Positions 1 through 8,243 of a stretch of 40,820 nt of DNA are shown here, piece after piece. Origin of the DNA: an uncultured Thermoplasmatales archaeon (lineage in GTDB: Archaea; Thermoplasmatota; SW-10-69-26); the NCBI GenBank assembly GCA_964464425.1, contig CAYXGD010000001.1:1-40820 (forward strand), read 5' to 3'. Every line of letters starts with the position of its first letter. Positions within the stretch are counted from its first letter, which is position 1. Below the pieces are notes generated by a model. The model had not been told where the DNA came from. It did no database searches and was given only the letters and a program-made list of their open reading frames with translations. A program made the position numbers and the translations under genes.

Positions 1-983
1 AGGAAGCCGAAGGGCTTCACGCCGGTGGGGTGATCGTACTTGGTGGGAGGCTCGGTCTCCCGGTGATGATCGTCGCGGTCACCGTCGTCGATGATCTCGA
101 AGTGGACGCTGCCGTCGGTCGCCGCCTGGATCTCGGCCTTGACCTCGTCGACGTGCTCGGCGGGGACCCAGGCATCCACGACGAAGGCGCGCTCGGTGGA
201 GGCGAAGTTCAGCGGCGCCTCGGCCTTCTCGGTCTCGATCGCCAGGATCTCCTCGGCGGCCAGTAGCAGGTCGCCGTGGGTCTCAGCGATCCGATCGAGC
301 TCGGCGCGAGCATCGGCCAAGGTGGCCTCGAGCTGCTCGGCGCGGGCCCGGAGGCGAGCGAGCTCTTCGCCCGGTGGGCCTTGGCCCTCAGGGACCTCGA
401 TGTCCCGGAAACCGCTTCGGGCCAGGAGCTCCTGGGCCTTCTGAGCCTCCTCGGTGGCCACGAAGACCGCGGTGACCTCCTCGGAGGCGAACAGCTCGTA
501 CCGGGAGATCGCGGTGGAGAGGTCCTCGTGGACGTCACCGGATGCATGGCCGACGAAGGCCTTCAGGCTGTCGTAGCCCCGGTAGTCCTCGAGGTCGAGA
601 GGCAGCGTGGTCAGGGGTTCGAGGCGCGAGATCCGGTCGCGGACCTCGTCCAGCTCTCGGGCGATCTCGTCGCGGCGGTCGGTCGCGGCCGAGACCTCCT
701 CCTCGATCTCGGGGAGCTGGGTCTCCAGCCGGTCGCGGACCTCGGCCTCGGACAGCCTGCGACTGGGCGTGTCGCCTTCGAGCCGGCAGGCGCTGATGAT
801 GGAACGCAGCCGGACGAGGAGCTCGGAGGCCCGGGAAGCCTCAGGGAGGGGCTCACCGATGTCGAGCTCCGGGGTCCCCTCGTCCCGGGTGTACTCCTCG
901 ATGTGGGTAAGACGGATGTCGTGAAGGGTCTCGATGACCGCTTGCTGGTGGGCCTTGGGCGCGATGACGGCCAACCGCGTCAT
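1..983 (-). CDS. atpI: A-type (A1Ao) ATP synthase subunit I, N-terminal cytoplasmic part; 3' end runs off the left window edge
   Basis: Not in the ORF track because it is edge-truncated. A reverse-strand ATG (cat at 981-983) opens a frame with no stop down to position 1: MTRLAVIAPKAHQQAVIETLHDIRLTHIEEYTRDEG...RLRARAEQLEATLADARAELDRIAETHGDLLL...VVDAWVPAEHVDEVKAEI. The acidic coiled-coil N-domain is typical of A/V-ATPase subunit I/a. It lies 22 nt downstream of atpH, matching the archaeal atpH-atpI order. Confidence 0.85.
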   Translation of the reverse strand, partial: MTRLAVIAPKAHQQAVIETLHDIRLTHIEEYTRDEGTPELDIGEPLPEASRASELLVRLRSIISACRLEGDTPSRRLSEAEVRDRLETQLPEIEEEVSAATDRRDEIARELDEVRDRISRLEPLTTLPLDLEDYRGYDSLKAFVGHASGDVHEDLSTAISRYELFASEEVTAVFVATEEAQKAQELLARSGFRDIEVPEGQGPPGEELARLRARAEQLEATLADARAELDRIAETHGDLLLAAEEILAIETEKAEAPLNFASTERAFVVDAWVPAEHVDEVKAEIQAATDGSVHFEIIDDGDRDDHHRETEPPTKYDHPTGVKPFGF

Positions 984-1005
984 CGGCTCAGGCCGGAGGA
1001 CCAGG

Positions 1006-1386
1006 CTAGGCACCCCCGAGCTCGGACCGGAAGCGGTCGACCACGGTCTGGGCGGCTTCGGTCAGGACGTCGTCGTCGACGTCACGGAGCTCGGCGGCCT
1101 CCTTCTCGGCCTGACGGATGATCTCGTGAGCCTCCGTCTCGGCCTCGTCGGTGGCCTCCTTGATGATCTCCTCGGCCTCGGCCTCGGCTGCTTCCTTCTC
1201 CTCCTGGATGATGGAGCGAGCCTTGCGCTTGGCTTCTTGGATGGTGGCTTGGGCCTCTTCGGTGGCCTCTGCCCGCATCTCACGGACCTCCTCCTCTGCC
1301 TGCTTGACCTCTCGCAGGGCCTGGAGGTTCCCCACGTTCCTCACCGAGTCAGACGCCGAGGCTACCATAGGAACTGGGCCGGCCAA
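1006..1386 (-). CDS. atpH: A-type ATP synthase subunit H
   Basis: Small Glu/Ala/Lys-rich coiled-coil protein (…EVKQAEEEVREMRAEATEEAQATIQEAKRKARSIIQEEKEAAEAEAEEIIKEATDEAETEAHEIIRQAEKEAAELR…) directly upstream of atpI. The track start at 1386 is TTG. An in-frame ATG at 1368 (MVASASDSV…) sits about 30 nt downstream of a TATA-like box and may be the real leaderless start. Confidence 0.75.
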   Translation of the reverse strand: MAGPVPMVASASDSVRNVGNLQALREVKQAEEEVREMRAEATEEAQATIQEAKRKARSIIQEEKEAAEAEAEEIIKEATDEAETEAHEIIRQAEKEAAELRDVDDDVLTEAAQTVVDRFRSELGGA

Positions 1387-1395
1387 TCAAGTTCC

Positions 1396-1406
1396 CCTAC
1401 ATAACC
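1396..1406 (-). promoter_or_regulatory. TATA-like box (minus-strand GGTTATGTAGG) upstream of atpH
   Basis: The only A/T-rich patch in the S8-atpH spacer. It matches the recurring TT(A/T)TGTAGG-type motif seen upstream of many genes in this window, about 30 nt from the ATG at 1368. Confidence 0.45.
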
Positions 1407-1452
1407 CTTGTGCGCGCGCCTGCAGCGCATGGCGCACGCGCGCCGGTGGGGG

Positions 1453-3303
1453 TCAGAAGATGACCTTGACGATGGCGACAAGCAGGAGGATCGCCAGGAG
1501 GGCGGCCGCGGCCACCGCGGGGAGCGTGTACTCCCCGAGTTGCTCCTCGAGATCCTCGTAGTACTGCTGGACCTGGCGGCTCGGCGAGTCGAAGAACCCC
1601 CCGCCACCGCCTGCCTGTCCCAGGGTGCCCAGCGGCTGGGGGGTCGTGACCGACGCTGTCAGCTCGTACTCGGCGGCCCCCGTGCCTGGCTCGCTGGCGG
1701 CCCGCAGATCCCACGACCAAGTGCCCGGGGCTGGGTTGCTCACGGACCTCGACGCGGACCCGCCCTCGGCCGGGACCTTGAGGGGCTGGCCGTCGGGTGG
1801 CGTCAGCGTGACCCGGAGGTCCGGGGGTGGGGTGCCGCTGACCGTCGAGGCCCAGCTGACGTTCAGGGTGAGCCGGGTCGCTCGGGGCTTGACCGGGATC
1901 TCCCCGGAGGCGTTCTCGCTCTCGGCCCCGGTCCCGCCCAGGACACCGCTCACCTCCCCCGTCGGGCCCAACACCAGCTGTCCGCTGGCGGTGTAGGTCT
2001 CCTGCCGGGGGAGCTCCAGGGTCCCGTTGTCCGCCGCCAGGGCCAGCTCGAGCGTCCGGGGCGCGTCGACGAACCCGTACCCTGTGGCTGGATCCGGGCC
2101 CGGCGGTCCAAGATCCATGGCGGCCTGACGGAACAGCTCGGCGACCTCCAGCGGACCCAGGTCGGGGGCGCTGGCCCGGACCATGGCAGCGATGCCTGCG
2201 ACGTGGGGGGCAGCCTGGCTGGTCCCGGAGAGGTCGACGTAGAGGTTGGAGCCCGCCGCGGCGCCGGCCTTGGCGCTTCGGATCTGCACGCCAGGTGCGG
2301 CGACATCCGGCTTGACCCAGGGAGCTTGTTCCCCGCTGGGAAGGAGGACCGGACCACGGCTGGAGAACTCAGCGACCCCGCCCGAGTCGTCGACAGCGCC
2401 GACGGTGAGCACGTTGGGGTTCTGGGCTTCCAGGGAGAGCGAGGAGGCATCGGGGCCTTCGTTGGCCGCCGAGAAGACGAGGAGCAAACCGTCGTCTCGG
2501 ACCAGCGCGTTGCTGGCCTGGATCGTTGCGTCCCCTTCGTCGTACGGCTCGCCGACCTCCTTGCGACCCCAGGAGTTCTGGACGACGGTGATGTCGTAGG
2601 CCTCGTGGTTCTCGTGGACCCAGTCGAAGCCCTCGATGGCGGTCGAGGTGGTGAAGGGGTTGGAGATGTCGATCGAGATCAGTTGGCTCCCGGTGGCCAT
2701 GCCGGCGTACTCCCGGTTGTCGGAGCGCAGGAGCTGGGAGCCCTCGCCGGTGCCGGCCACGATCCCGGCCACGTGCGTACCGTGGCCGTCGGTGTCGGTA
2801 CCTGCCGGGGCCTCGGTCGCGCCGGCTTGCTCGCGGACGACCACGGCCTCGGCGACCTTGCCTTGGACGCTGGGGTGGCTCTCGTCGATGCCCGTGTCGA
2901 GCACGGCCACGGTCCCGCCGCCACCGTCGATGCCCTGGTCCCACATCTGGGGACCGACCCCGACCGCGGACCGGGAGGTGTCCAGGTGCCAGGCCAATGG
3001 TTCGTCGGCGTCGATCCGGTCCACGCCCGGCATGCGGGCCAGCCGGTCGAGCTGGTCGGCGGGCAGGAAGAGGTGGAGCCCGTCGATGACCGTGTAGGTC
3101 TTGGCGACGTCGCCGAGGTCCTCGAGCCGGTCCAGCAACATGTTGGTGGGGGGGCCGTCGGTTTGGACGATCACCGACACCCGTCCGGTCGCATCCTCGA
3201 GCTTGGGATCGATGTAGGCCGGGGTGGTCCCGCCACCGCCGAGGCTGACGCTCGGCAGCAGGAGAGCTACGCTCACCATCACCAACAGGGCTCGCTTAGC
3301 CAC
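1453..3303 (-). CDS. Secreted subtilisin-like serine protease (peptidase S8) with a C-terminal beta-domain and C-terminal TM anchor
   Basis: Asp/His/Ser triad motifs are present: VAVLDTGID, DGHGTHVAGIVAG and SGTSQAAPHVAGIAA. It has an N-terminal signal-like segment (VAKRALLVMVSVALLLPSVSLG; GTG start) and a C-terminal hydrophobic helix (LPAVAAAALLAILLLVAIVKVIF). Confidence 0.9.
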   Translation of the reverse strand: MAKRALLVMVSVALLLPSVSLGGGGTTPAYIDPKLEDATGRVSVIVQTDGPPTNMLLDRLEDLGDVAKTYTVIDGLHLFLPADQLDRLARMPGVDRIDADEPLAWHLDTSRSAVGVGPQMWDQGIDGGGGTVAVLDTGIDESHPSVQGKVAEAVVVREQAGATEAPAGTDTDGHGTHVAGIVAGTGEGSQLLRSDNREYAGMATGSQLISIDISNPFTTSTAIEGFDWVHENHEAYDITVVQNSWGRKEVGEPYDEGDATIQASNALVRDDGLLLVFSAANEGPDASSLSLEAQNPNVLTVGAVDDSGGVAEFSSRGPVLLPSGEQAPWVKPDVAAPGVQIRSAKAGAAAGSNLYVDLSGTSQAAPHVAGIAAMVRASAPDLGPLEVAELFRQAAMDLGPPGPDPATGYGFVDAPRTLELALAADNGTLELPRQETYTASGQLVLGPTGEVSGVLGGTGAESENASGEIPVKPRATRLTLNVSWASTVSGTPPPDLRVTLTPPDGQPLKVPAEGGSASRSVSNPAPGTWSWDLRAASEPGTGAAEYELTASVTTPQPLGTLGQAGGGGGFFDSPSRQVQQYYEDLEEQLGEYTLPAVAAAALLAILLLVAIVKVIF

Positions 3304-3323
3304 GGGCCGTAGAGGGTCTACAA

Positions 3324-3334
3324 CCGTTTAGACG
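3324..3334 (-). promoter_or_regulatory. TATA-like box (minus-strand CGTCTAAACGG) upstream of the S8 protease
   Basis: A/T-rich patch centred about 27 nt upstream of the GTG start at 3303. Confidence 0.35.
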
Positions 3335-3365
3335 TTGGGACCACCAAGAACGAACATGGTCGTGT

Positions 3366-4418
3366 CTATGAGGTGGGTGGCGAGGTGACGTACCGAGGGT
3401 CGGGGACGACACCGAGCCCAGGGCCCTGGGAGGTCCCGGTCCAGCCGGGACGGGGTCGGGGCAGGGGGAAGGGGTCGTGAGCCAGGAAGAGGTTCCCGTC
3501 GAGGTCGGCGTGATCGACGCTCCCGTAGAGCGCAGCGCCAGCCGCGATGCCCAGCCCCGTCTCGATGAAGCACCCGACCAGCGTCCGGAGGCCATGCTCC
3601 GTGGCGGCGTCCAGGCACGCGACCGCTGGCTGCAACCCGCCGACCTTCTGGACCTTGATGTTGACCCCCAGCGGGGCATCGAGGCCGGACAACGCCTCGA
3701 CGTGGGCGGGTCCCTGGATGCTTTCGTCGAGGAAGATCGTCATCCCGGTCTCGCGGGCCAGCTCGGCGGTCTCCTCCAGGTGGTCCCGGGCCAGGGGCTG
3801 CTCGACGAGATCGACACCGAGCTCCTGGAGCTTGGGGAGGAGCATCCGCGCGTCCTGCAGGTCGAGGGCCTCGTTGGCGTCGACCCACAGCGCCGTCCCT
3901 GGGAACAGGTCGGCCACGCGATCAGGCAACTCGTCCGGGAGGACCTCGGCGACGGCCTCGACGAGCGCCAGATCGGCGGTCGGGTCGTCGCCTAGCTTGA
4001 CCTTGAGCGTGGTATGACCCCGCTCGAACCACGCCTGGGCCTCCTGGCGCGCGCTCTCAGGATCGGTCAGGGTCACCGTGGCCGCTGTGGGTCCCACCCC
4101 GGCTTCCAGCTGCAGCATCTCGTGGACCGGTGTGTCGTCCAAGCGCCCTTGGAGATCGTGCAGGGCGAGGTCCAGGCCGGCGCGGGCGCCCTTCGGGAGC
4201 TTGGCGTGGTGGTCGAGGGTGGCGGGGATGTCCCAGGGGTCCAGGGTCCCGGCGTCGATCCCGGAGAGAGCGGCCTCGACCTCGGCCAAGGTCTCCCCGG
4301 TGACCGACGGGCTGGCCACCGCTTCCCCCCAGCCGATGGTCCCCTCGTGGGCCACGGCCAGGTGGACGACCTCCAGCTCGGTCTGGCTGCCTCGGGAGAT
4401 CGTGAACGGGTGATCCAA
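3366..4418 (-). CDS. Enolase-superfamily dipeptide / N-acyl-amino-acid epimerase (L-Ala-D/L-Glu epimerase-like)
   Basis: Family-typical segments include VPLDHPFTISRGS…GWGEA, …LKVKLG…, …LWVDANEA…, …LVEQPL…, …IFLDES… and …VNIKVQKVGG…. The track ORF (to 4856) is an over-extension running through the upstream gene. The nearest canonical in-frame start is TTG at 4418. The conserved first beta-strand (LKLDVRRTTV) is encoded from 4451, where only a CTG is available (see findings). Confidence 0.8.
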   Translation of the reverse strand: MDHPFTISRGSQTELEVVHLAVAHEGTIGWGEAVASPSVTGETLAEVEAALSGIDAGTLDPWDIPATLDHHAKLPKGARAGLDLALHDLQGRLDDTPVHEMLQLEAGVGPTAATVTLTDPESARQEAQAWFERGHTTLKVKLGDDPTADLALVEAVAEVLPDELPDRVADLFPGTALWVDANEALDLQDARMLLPKLQELGVDLVEQPLARDHLEETAELARETGMTIFLDESIQGPAHVEALSGLDAPLGVNIKVQKVGGLQPAVACLDAATEHGLRTLVGCFIETGLGIAAGAALYGSVDHADLDGNLFLAHDPFPLPRPRPGWTGTSQGPGLGVVPDPRYVTSPPTS

Positions 4419-4447
4419 GGGGACCGTGGTCCGGCGGACATCGAGCT

Positions 4448-5488
4448 TCAGAGGATCGCCTCCACCGCGTCGGCCAACCGGCCGGGCCCGTCCTCGAGCA
4501 CGTCGACGACGGGGAGGGCCTCGATCCGGTCGGCGAGGTTCCGGCGGTCCTCGGACAGGTGCATGGCGGAGACGCCCAGGAGCTCGGGGGCGCGGATCAC
4601 GCCACCCAGGCGCTTGATCAGCGACCACTCCTCCAGGGGATCCTCGACAGCGAACCGGCGACCGCCGTGGAACTCGGTGGTCTTCTGGAGCCGGGAGGCA
4701 TCGTGGCACAGGAGGCAGCCGTGGGGCGAGGCGCCGTGCAGCAGCCCCAGGGAGACGCCACCGTAGGCAGGGTGCGTGATCGCGCCCTGGCCCTCGACGA
4801 GCACGACCTCGGCCTCGGTGGCCTCGTAGGCCTCCATGACGATCCGCTCGGTCCAACCCGACACGAAATCGGCAGGGACCGCGTCGACGACGACCCCTGC
4901 ATCGCAGCCGATCATGATGCCGGTCTGACCGGTGGCCGCCACGGCGACCTCGCGGCCCCGGTCGGCCAGGGCTCTGGCGACCTCGACCGTGGTCGTCATC
5001 TTGCCCGAGGAGCAGTCGGTCCCGACCGTGAGCACGACAGCGCAGGGCAGATCGAGCACTTCACCGCCGTAGATCGGCTTATCCTCTGGGGGTCGCCGGA
5101 CGTCGACCAGCTCTGCCCCGTTGGCCTCGGCGAGGGCAGCCAGGGACGGGTCCTCGCTGAGGAACTCGTGCATGCCCGAGATCACATCGAGGCCCGCCTC
5201 GACGGCCCGGGCGACCTCCTCGCGCCAGTCCTTGGGCAAACGGCCGCCGACGGGTGCGACCCCGATCGCCAGGGTGTCCGGCTCGTGCTCGAGGGCCGCC
5301 TCGACGCTCGGGACGACAGGGACGCCTTCCCCAGGTGGGCCGACGACCTCGGCGGCCTCGGCCACCGAGCTCCCCGTGGCACGGTCGACGACGGCGACCA
5401 CCGGGTCGCGGCCGTACCGGAGCAGCGCTTCTGCGGTCTTGGCATCCCGGGCCAGGAAATGATCGTGGGCGAGGATCGCGAGAGCCAC
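4448..5488 (-). CDS. DUF1611-family protein (DgcN-like putative N-acetyltransferase)
   Basis: 346 aa with a GTG start. It has the central GTDCSSGKMTT motif and the overall layout characteristic of DUF1611, and is paired with an enolase-superfamily epimerase as in many genomes. Confidence 0.7.
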   Translation of the reverse strand: MALAILAHDHFLARDAKTAEALLRYGRDPVVAVVDRATGSSVAEAAEVVGPPGEGVPVVPSVEAALEHEPDTLAIGVAPVGGRLPKDWREEVARAVEAGLDVISGMHEFLSEDPSLAALAEANGAELVDVRRPPEDKPIYGGEVLDLPCAVVLTVGTDCSSGKMTTTVEVARALADRGREVAVAATGQTGIMIGCDAGVVVDAVPADFVSGWTERIVMEAYEATEAEVVLVEGQGAITHPAYGGVSLGLLHGASPHGCLLCHDASRLQKTTEFHGGRRFAVEDPLEEWSLIKRLGGVIRAPELLGVSAMHLSEDRRNLADRIEALPVVDVLEDGPGRLADAVEAIL

Positions 5489-5559
5489 GACGGGACAAGC
5501 CTGCGCCCGGACAAGAGCCTACTGGGTCTGAGCGCCCCTTCTCGACGTTCACGCCACCC

Positions 5560-5571
5560 GGTTTTTGTAGG
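5560..5571 (+). promoter_or_regulatory. TATA-like box GGTTTTTGTAGG upstream of the second S8 protease
   Basis: Centred about 26 nt upstream of the ATG at 5592, which implies a leaderless or near-leaderless mRNA and argues against the GTG at 5571. Confidence 0.5.
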
Positions 5572-5591
5572 TGGAGGGCCTGCGGCCGGTG

Positions 5592-6650
5592 ATGAGCCAC
5601 CGCCGCGTCCTCGTCGCCGGCCTGCTGGTCTGCACCCTCGCGATGGCTGGTTGCACCCAGCTGGTCGGGAACCAGGCCTCGAACGAGTGGGCCCTGGATC
5701 TCACCGGGATCTCGGCCGTGCACGACGGAGGTCCCGACGGCAGCGGGGTCAAGGTCGCCATCGTCGATACCGGGGTCGACCTCCAGCACCAAGCCTTCGG
5801 CGGCATGCCTGGCAAGGTCCTCTGGGGCGATGTCGTCAACGGACGCAACCAGCCCTACGACAACGCCGGCCATGGGACCCACGTCACCAGCCTCGTGCAC
5901 GCCCAGGGCAACGGAGGCCTCCGGGATCCCAACGTCCTCGGCGCTGCCCCCGGCGCCGACCTCATCCACATCAAGGCCATCCCGGCCCAAGGGTCAGGCA
6001 GCGATGGTGACGTGGCCCGAGCCATCGACAGGGCCGTCCAGGAGGGTGCCCACGTCCTGGTGCTCTCCCTGGGGTCCGAGCCGAGCCTGCTCCCCATCGG
6101 CCAGCAGACCGAGAACGCCGTCGATCGCGCGATCGACAAGGGCGTGGTCGTGGTCGCCGCTGCCGGCAACGCCCAGCAGGGTAGCGACGGTGACGACTGC
6201 ACAGTGAAGTCCCCCGCGTCGATGACTCGGGTGATCGCCGTCGGGGCCGTCGATCGCCAAGCCAAGTTGGCAAGCTTCTCGTGCCAGGGGGACAACAGCG
6301 GCGGACCGTTGGGCCTCAACCAGCCTCAGGATCCCAACAAGAAGCCCGAGCTGGTCGCGCCCGGCGTCGGCGTGATCGGTGCCTGGCCAGGTCGGGATTG
6401 CGGCGGCCAGGTGTCCGACTACTGCGTGCTCAGCGGCACCAGCCAGGCGGCCCCGTACGTCGGCGGCGCGGTGGCCCTGATCCTGGAGGAGCATCCCGAG
6501 CTGCAGCGCAAGGGTCCCGATCAGGTCCGCAAGGTCAAGCGGATCCTCACAGAGACCGCCGAGAAGCGACAGGGTCAATCCGGCCACGACGACCGGTACG
6601 GGTACGGTCTCCTGCAGGCCGACCGGGCGCTCGACAAGCTGGGTGGATGA
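5592..6650 (+). CDS. Subtilisin-like serine protease (peptidase S8), predicted lipoprotein
   Basis: Triad motifs are present: VAIVDTGVD, AGHGTHVTS and SGTSQAAPYVGGAVA. The N-terminus MSHRRVLVAGLLVCTLAMAGC carries a lipobox (AGC) preceded by an RR pair, so it may be a Tat-type lipoprotein. The start was moved from the track GTG at 5571 to the ATG at 5592 based on TATA spacing. Confidence 0.85.
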   Translation: MSHRRVLVAGLLVCTLAMAGCTQLVGNQASNEWALDLTGISAVHDGGPDGSGVKVAIVDTGVDLQHQAFGGMPGKVLWGDVVNGRNQPYDNAGHGTHVTSLVHAQGNGGLRDPNVLGAAPGADLIHIKAIPAQGSGSDGDVARAIDRAVQEGAHVLVLSLGSEPSLLPIGQQTENAVDRAIDKGVVVVAAAGNAQQGSDGDDCTVKSPASMTRVIAVGAVDRQAKLASFSCQGDNSGGPLGLNQPQDPNKKPELVAPGVGVIGAWPGRDCGGQVSDYCVLSGTSQAAPYVGGAVALILEEHPELQRKGPDQVRKVKRILTETAEKRQGQSGHDDRYGYGLLQADRALDKLGG

Positions 6651-6653
6651 CCG

Positions 6654-8174
6654 TCAGGCCTCGTGGACGACCCGACCACCGATGATCGTCCGTTGGACGG
6701 TCACCGCCTCGAGGTCCCGCGCCTGGCGGGGATCCTGGTCGAGCACGACCGCGTCGCCCACGGCCCCGGGCCGGAGGATCCCCCGCGTCTCCTCCACGCC
6801 CAGCGCGAAGGCGGCATCCCGTGTGTAAGCTCGGATCGCCTGGCTGACCGACAGCCGCTCGGTCGGGTCGGGGTGCTCGGTCGCGCACCGGATCCCGTAC
6901 AAGGGACCGTAGGGCATGCCGTCGCTACCGAACGCGACCTTGACCCCGGCGTCGAGCGCGCTCTTCAGCGGGTTCATGGCGCGCCGGCGGGCCTCCCCGA
7001 GGGCCTGGTCGTAGAGGCCCCCATCGCCTTGCCAGTTGCCGATGAAGTTGGGCTGGAAGCACGCGATCACGCCTCGCTCAGCCATGGTTCCAAGCTGCTC
7101 CTCGGTGACCATCTCGGCGTGCTCGATCCGTGGACGGGCTCGGCGATCGATGCCGGCGTCCTGCAGGCCGTCGAGGACGGCCTGGATAGCCCGGTCACCG
7201 ATGGCATGCGCCTTGACCTGCAACCCGAGCGCTTGGGCCCGACGGGCGGTGGCCGCCACCGACTTGGCATCGCGGAGCAGCATCCCCGTCGTGGCCTCGT
7301 CCCGGTAAGCCTCGGTCACCGCGGCGGTCCGGGCCCCGATGGAGCCGTCGGTGTAGATCTTGACCCCCGACAGCGAGCACCCAGGCCCGCTGAGCTGACC
7401 GAGCTTGAGGGTCTCGAGCGCGTCCAGCAGCGCCTCGCGGACGTACATGGCCGATCGTTGGAGGAAGAACCCCTCTTGGGCGCCGCGTGTGAGCAGCTGG
7501 ATGTCCCTGGGGCCGGCGGTGTCGGCCACGTGCGTGATCCCGAGGGCCGCCAGGCCCCGGCTCTCCTGGCGTAGACCCTTGACGCAGGTGTCGTAGGCCG
7601 GCGCACACCGTTCCCAGGCCAGGTCGGCAGCGTCCTCGGTGAGCAGGCCTGTGGGCCTTCCATCGTCCTGCACGAGACCCGGGGTACCCTCGGGGAGATC
7701 CAGGGCTTCGAGGCCGGCCTCGTTGACCACCGCCTTGTGGCCGCAGACCCGGCGGGCCATGACCGGATGGTCCTGGGAGACCGCCTCGAGATCGGCCGGT
7801 CGCAACGAGCCATCCTCCCATTCGCTCTCGTCCCAGTTCCAACCGATGACCCAGCCGCCGGCCGGGGTCCGCTCGGCACGTTGGGAGAGGATCTCAACGG
7901 CCGCGTGACGGCGAGGCAGACCCGAGAGGTCGGCCCGGAAGTGAAGCTCCCCGAGCCTGGCTGCGTGGGTGTGGGCGTCGATGAAGCCGGGCAGCACCGT
8001 GGCACCTTCCAGCTCGAGGGTCTGGGTCCGGGCACCGGCCAGGGCCTCGATCCGGCGGGTCGGGCCCACGTCGAGGACACGTCCGTCCCGGAAGGCGACG
8101 GCGCCTGCTTCCGGCCGGTCGTCATCCTGGGTCAGGACCGTGGCATCGGTCAGGATCAGGTCAGGCGAGTCCAC
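6654..8174 (-). CDS. Metal-dependent amidohydrolase (Amidohydro_3 / YtcJ-like)
   Basis: Family motifs are present: LPGFIDAHTHA, VKIYTDGSIGARTAA, KAHAIGDRA…RIEHAEM and AFGSDGMP. The 170-codon 5' extension in the track (Arg/Pro/Gly-rich) looks non-coding. GTG at 8174 (VDSPDLILTDATVL…) gives the family-typical N-terminus, and TTG at 8204 is an alternative. Confidence 0.8.
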   Translation of the reverse strand: MDSPDLILTDATVLTQDDDRPEAGAVAFRDGRVLDVGPTRRIEALAGARTQTLELEGATVLPGFIDAHTHAARLGELHFRADLSGLPRRHAAVEILSQRAERTPAGGWVIGWNWDESEWEDGSLRPADLEAVSQDHPVMARRVCGHKAVVNEAGLEALDLPEGTPGLVQDDGRPTGLLTEDAADLAWERCAPAYDTCVKGLRQESRGLAALGITHVADTAGPRDIQLLTRGAQEGFFLQRSAMYVREALLDALETLKLGQLSGPGCSLSGVKIYTDGSIGARTAAVTEAYRDEATTGMLLRDAKSVAATARRAQALGLQVKAHAIGDRAIQAVLDGLQDAGIDRRARPRIEHAEMVTEEQLGTMAERGVIACFQPNFIGNWQGDGGLYDQALGEARRRAMNPLKSALDAGVKVAFGSDGMPYGPLYGIRCATEHPDPTERLSVSQAIRAYTRDAAFALGVEETRGILRPGAVGDAVVLDQDPRQARDLEAVTVQRTIIGGRVVHEA

Positions 8175-8226
8175 GACCCTGGCATCCAGGCCACCCCTCT
8201 TCAACCTGGGTCCCACGGCCGACGTT

Positions 8227-8243
8227 GTCTGTCCAGGACAGAC
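8227..8243. promoter_or_regulatory. Perfect 8+1+8 palindrome GTCTGTCC-A-GGACAGAC (candidate operator)
   Basis: An exact inverted repeat read directly from the sequence. It lies between an A/T-richer patch (8245-8254) and the amidohydrolase start codons (8204/8174). Confidence 0.35.

Noticed and set aside
1405-1450. Alternating GC tract and hairpin (GTGCGCGCGCC…GGCGCACGCGCGCC) between the S8 stop and the atpH promoter as a special element.
   Set aside because: It is short and imperfect, and is plausibly just a 3'-end structure or spacer. It shares no words with the hairpin-repeat family, and I saw no second copy in the window.
1453-1530. PGF-CTERM/archaeosortase signal on the first S8 protease. 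The same was considered for the hypothetical protein ending at 29802.
   Set aside because: A C-terminal hydrophobic helix is present, but there is no PGF/PGPG motif before it. The S8 tail also lacks a basic end (…VAIVKVIF). These are probably plain tail anchors.
1408-3312. 634-aa plus-strand ORF opposite the S8 protease. Similar long antisense or off-frame ORFs occur at 4559-6010 (+), 19234-20610 (-), 20177-21766 (+), 23140-24411 (-), 26576-27970 (+), 27927-29117 (+), 30299-31153 (-), 11728-13023 (+) and 39064-40740 (+).
   Set aside because: These are typical GC-rich shadow ORFs. Their translations are Arg/Pro/Gly/Asp-rich with no recognisable motifs, and each overlaps a gene on another frame that has clear family signatures.
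4440-4460. Programmed -1 frameshift fusing DUF1611 to the epimerase.
   Set aside because: The epimerase frame is -1 relative to the upstream gene, but there is no X-XXY-YYZ slippery heptamer and no obvious downstream stimulatory structure. Separate proteins are the norm for this gene pair.
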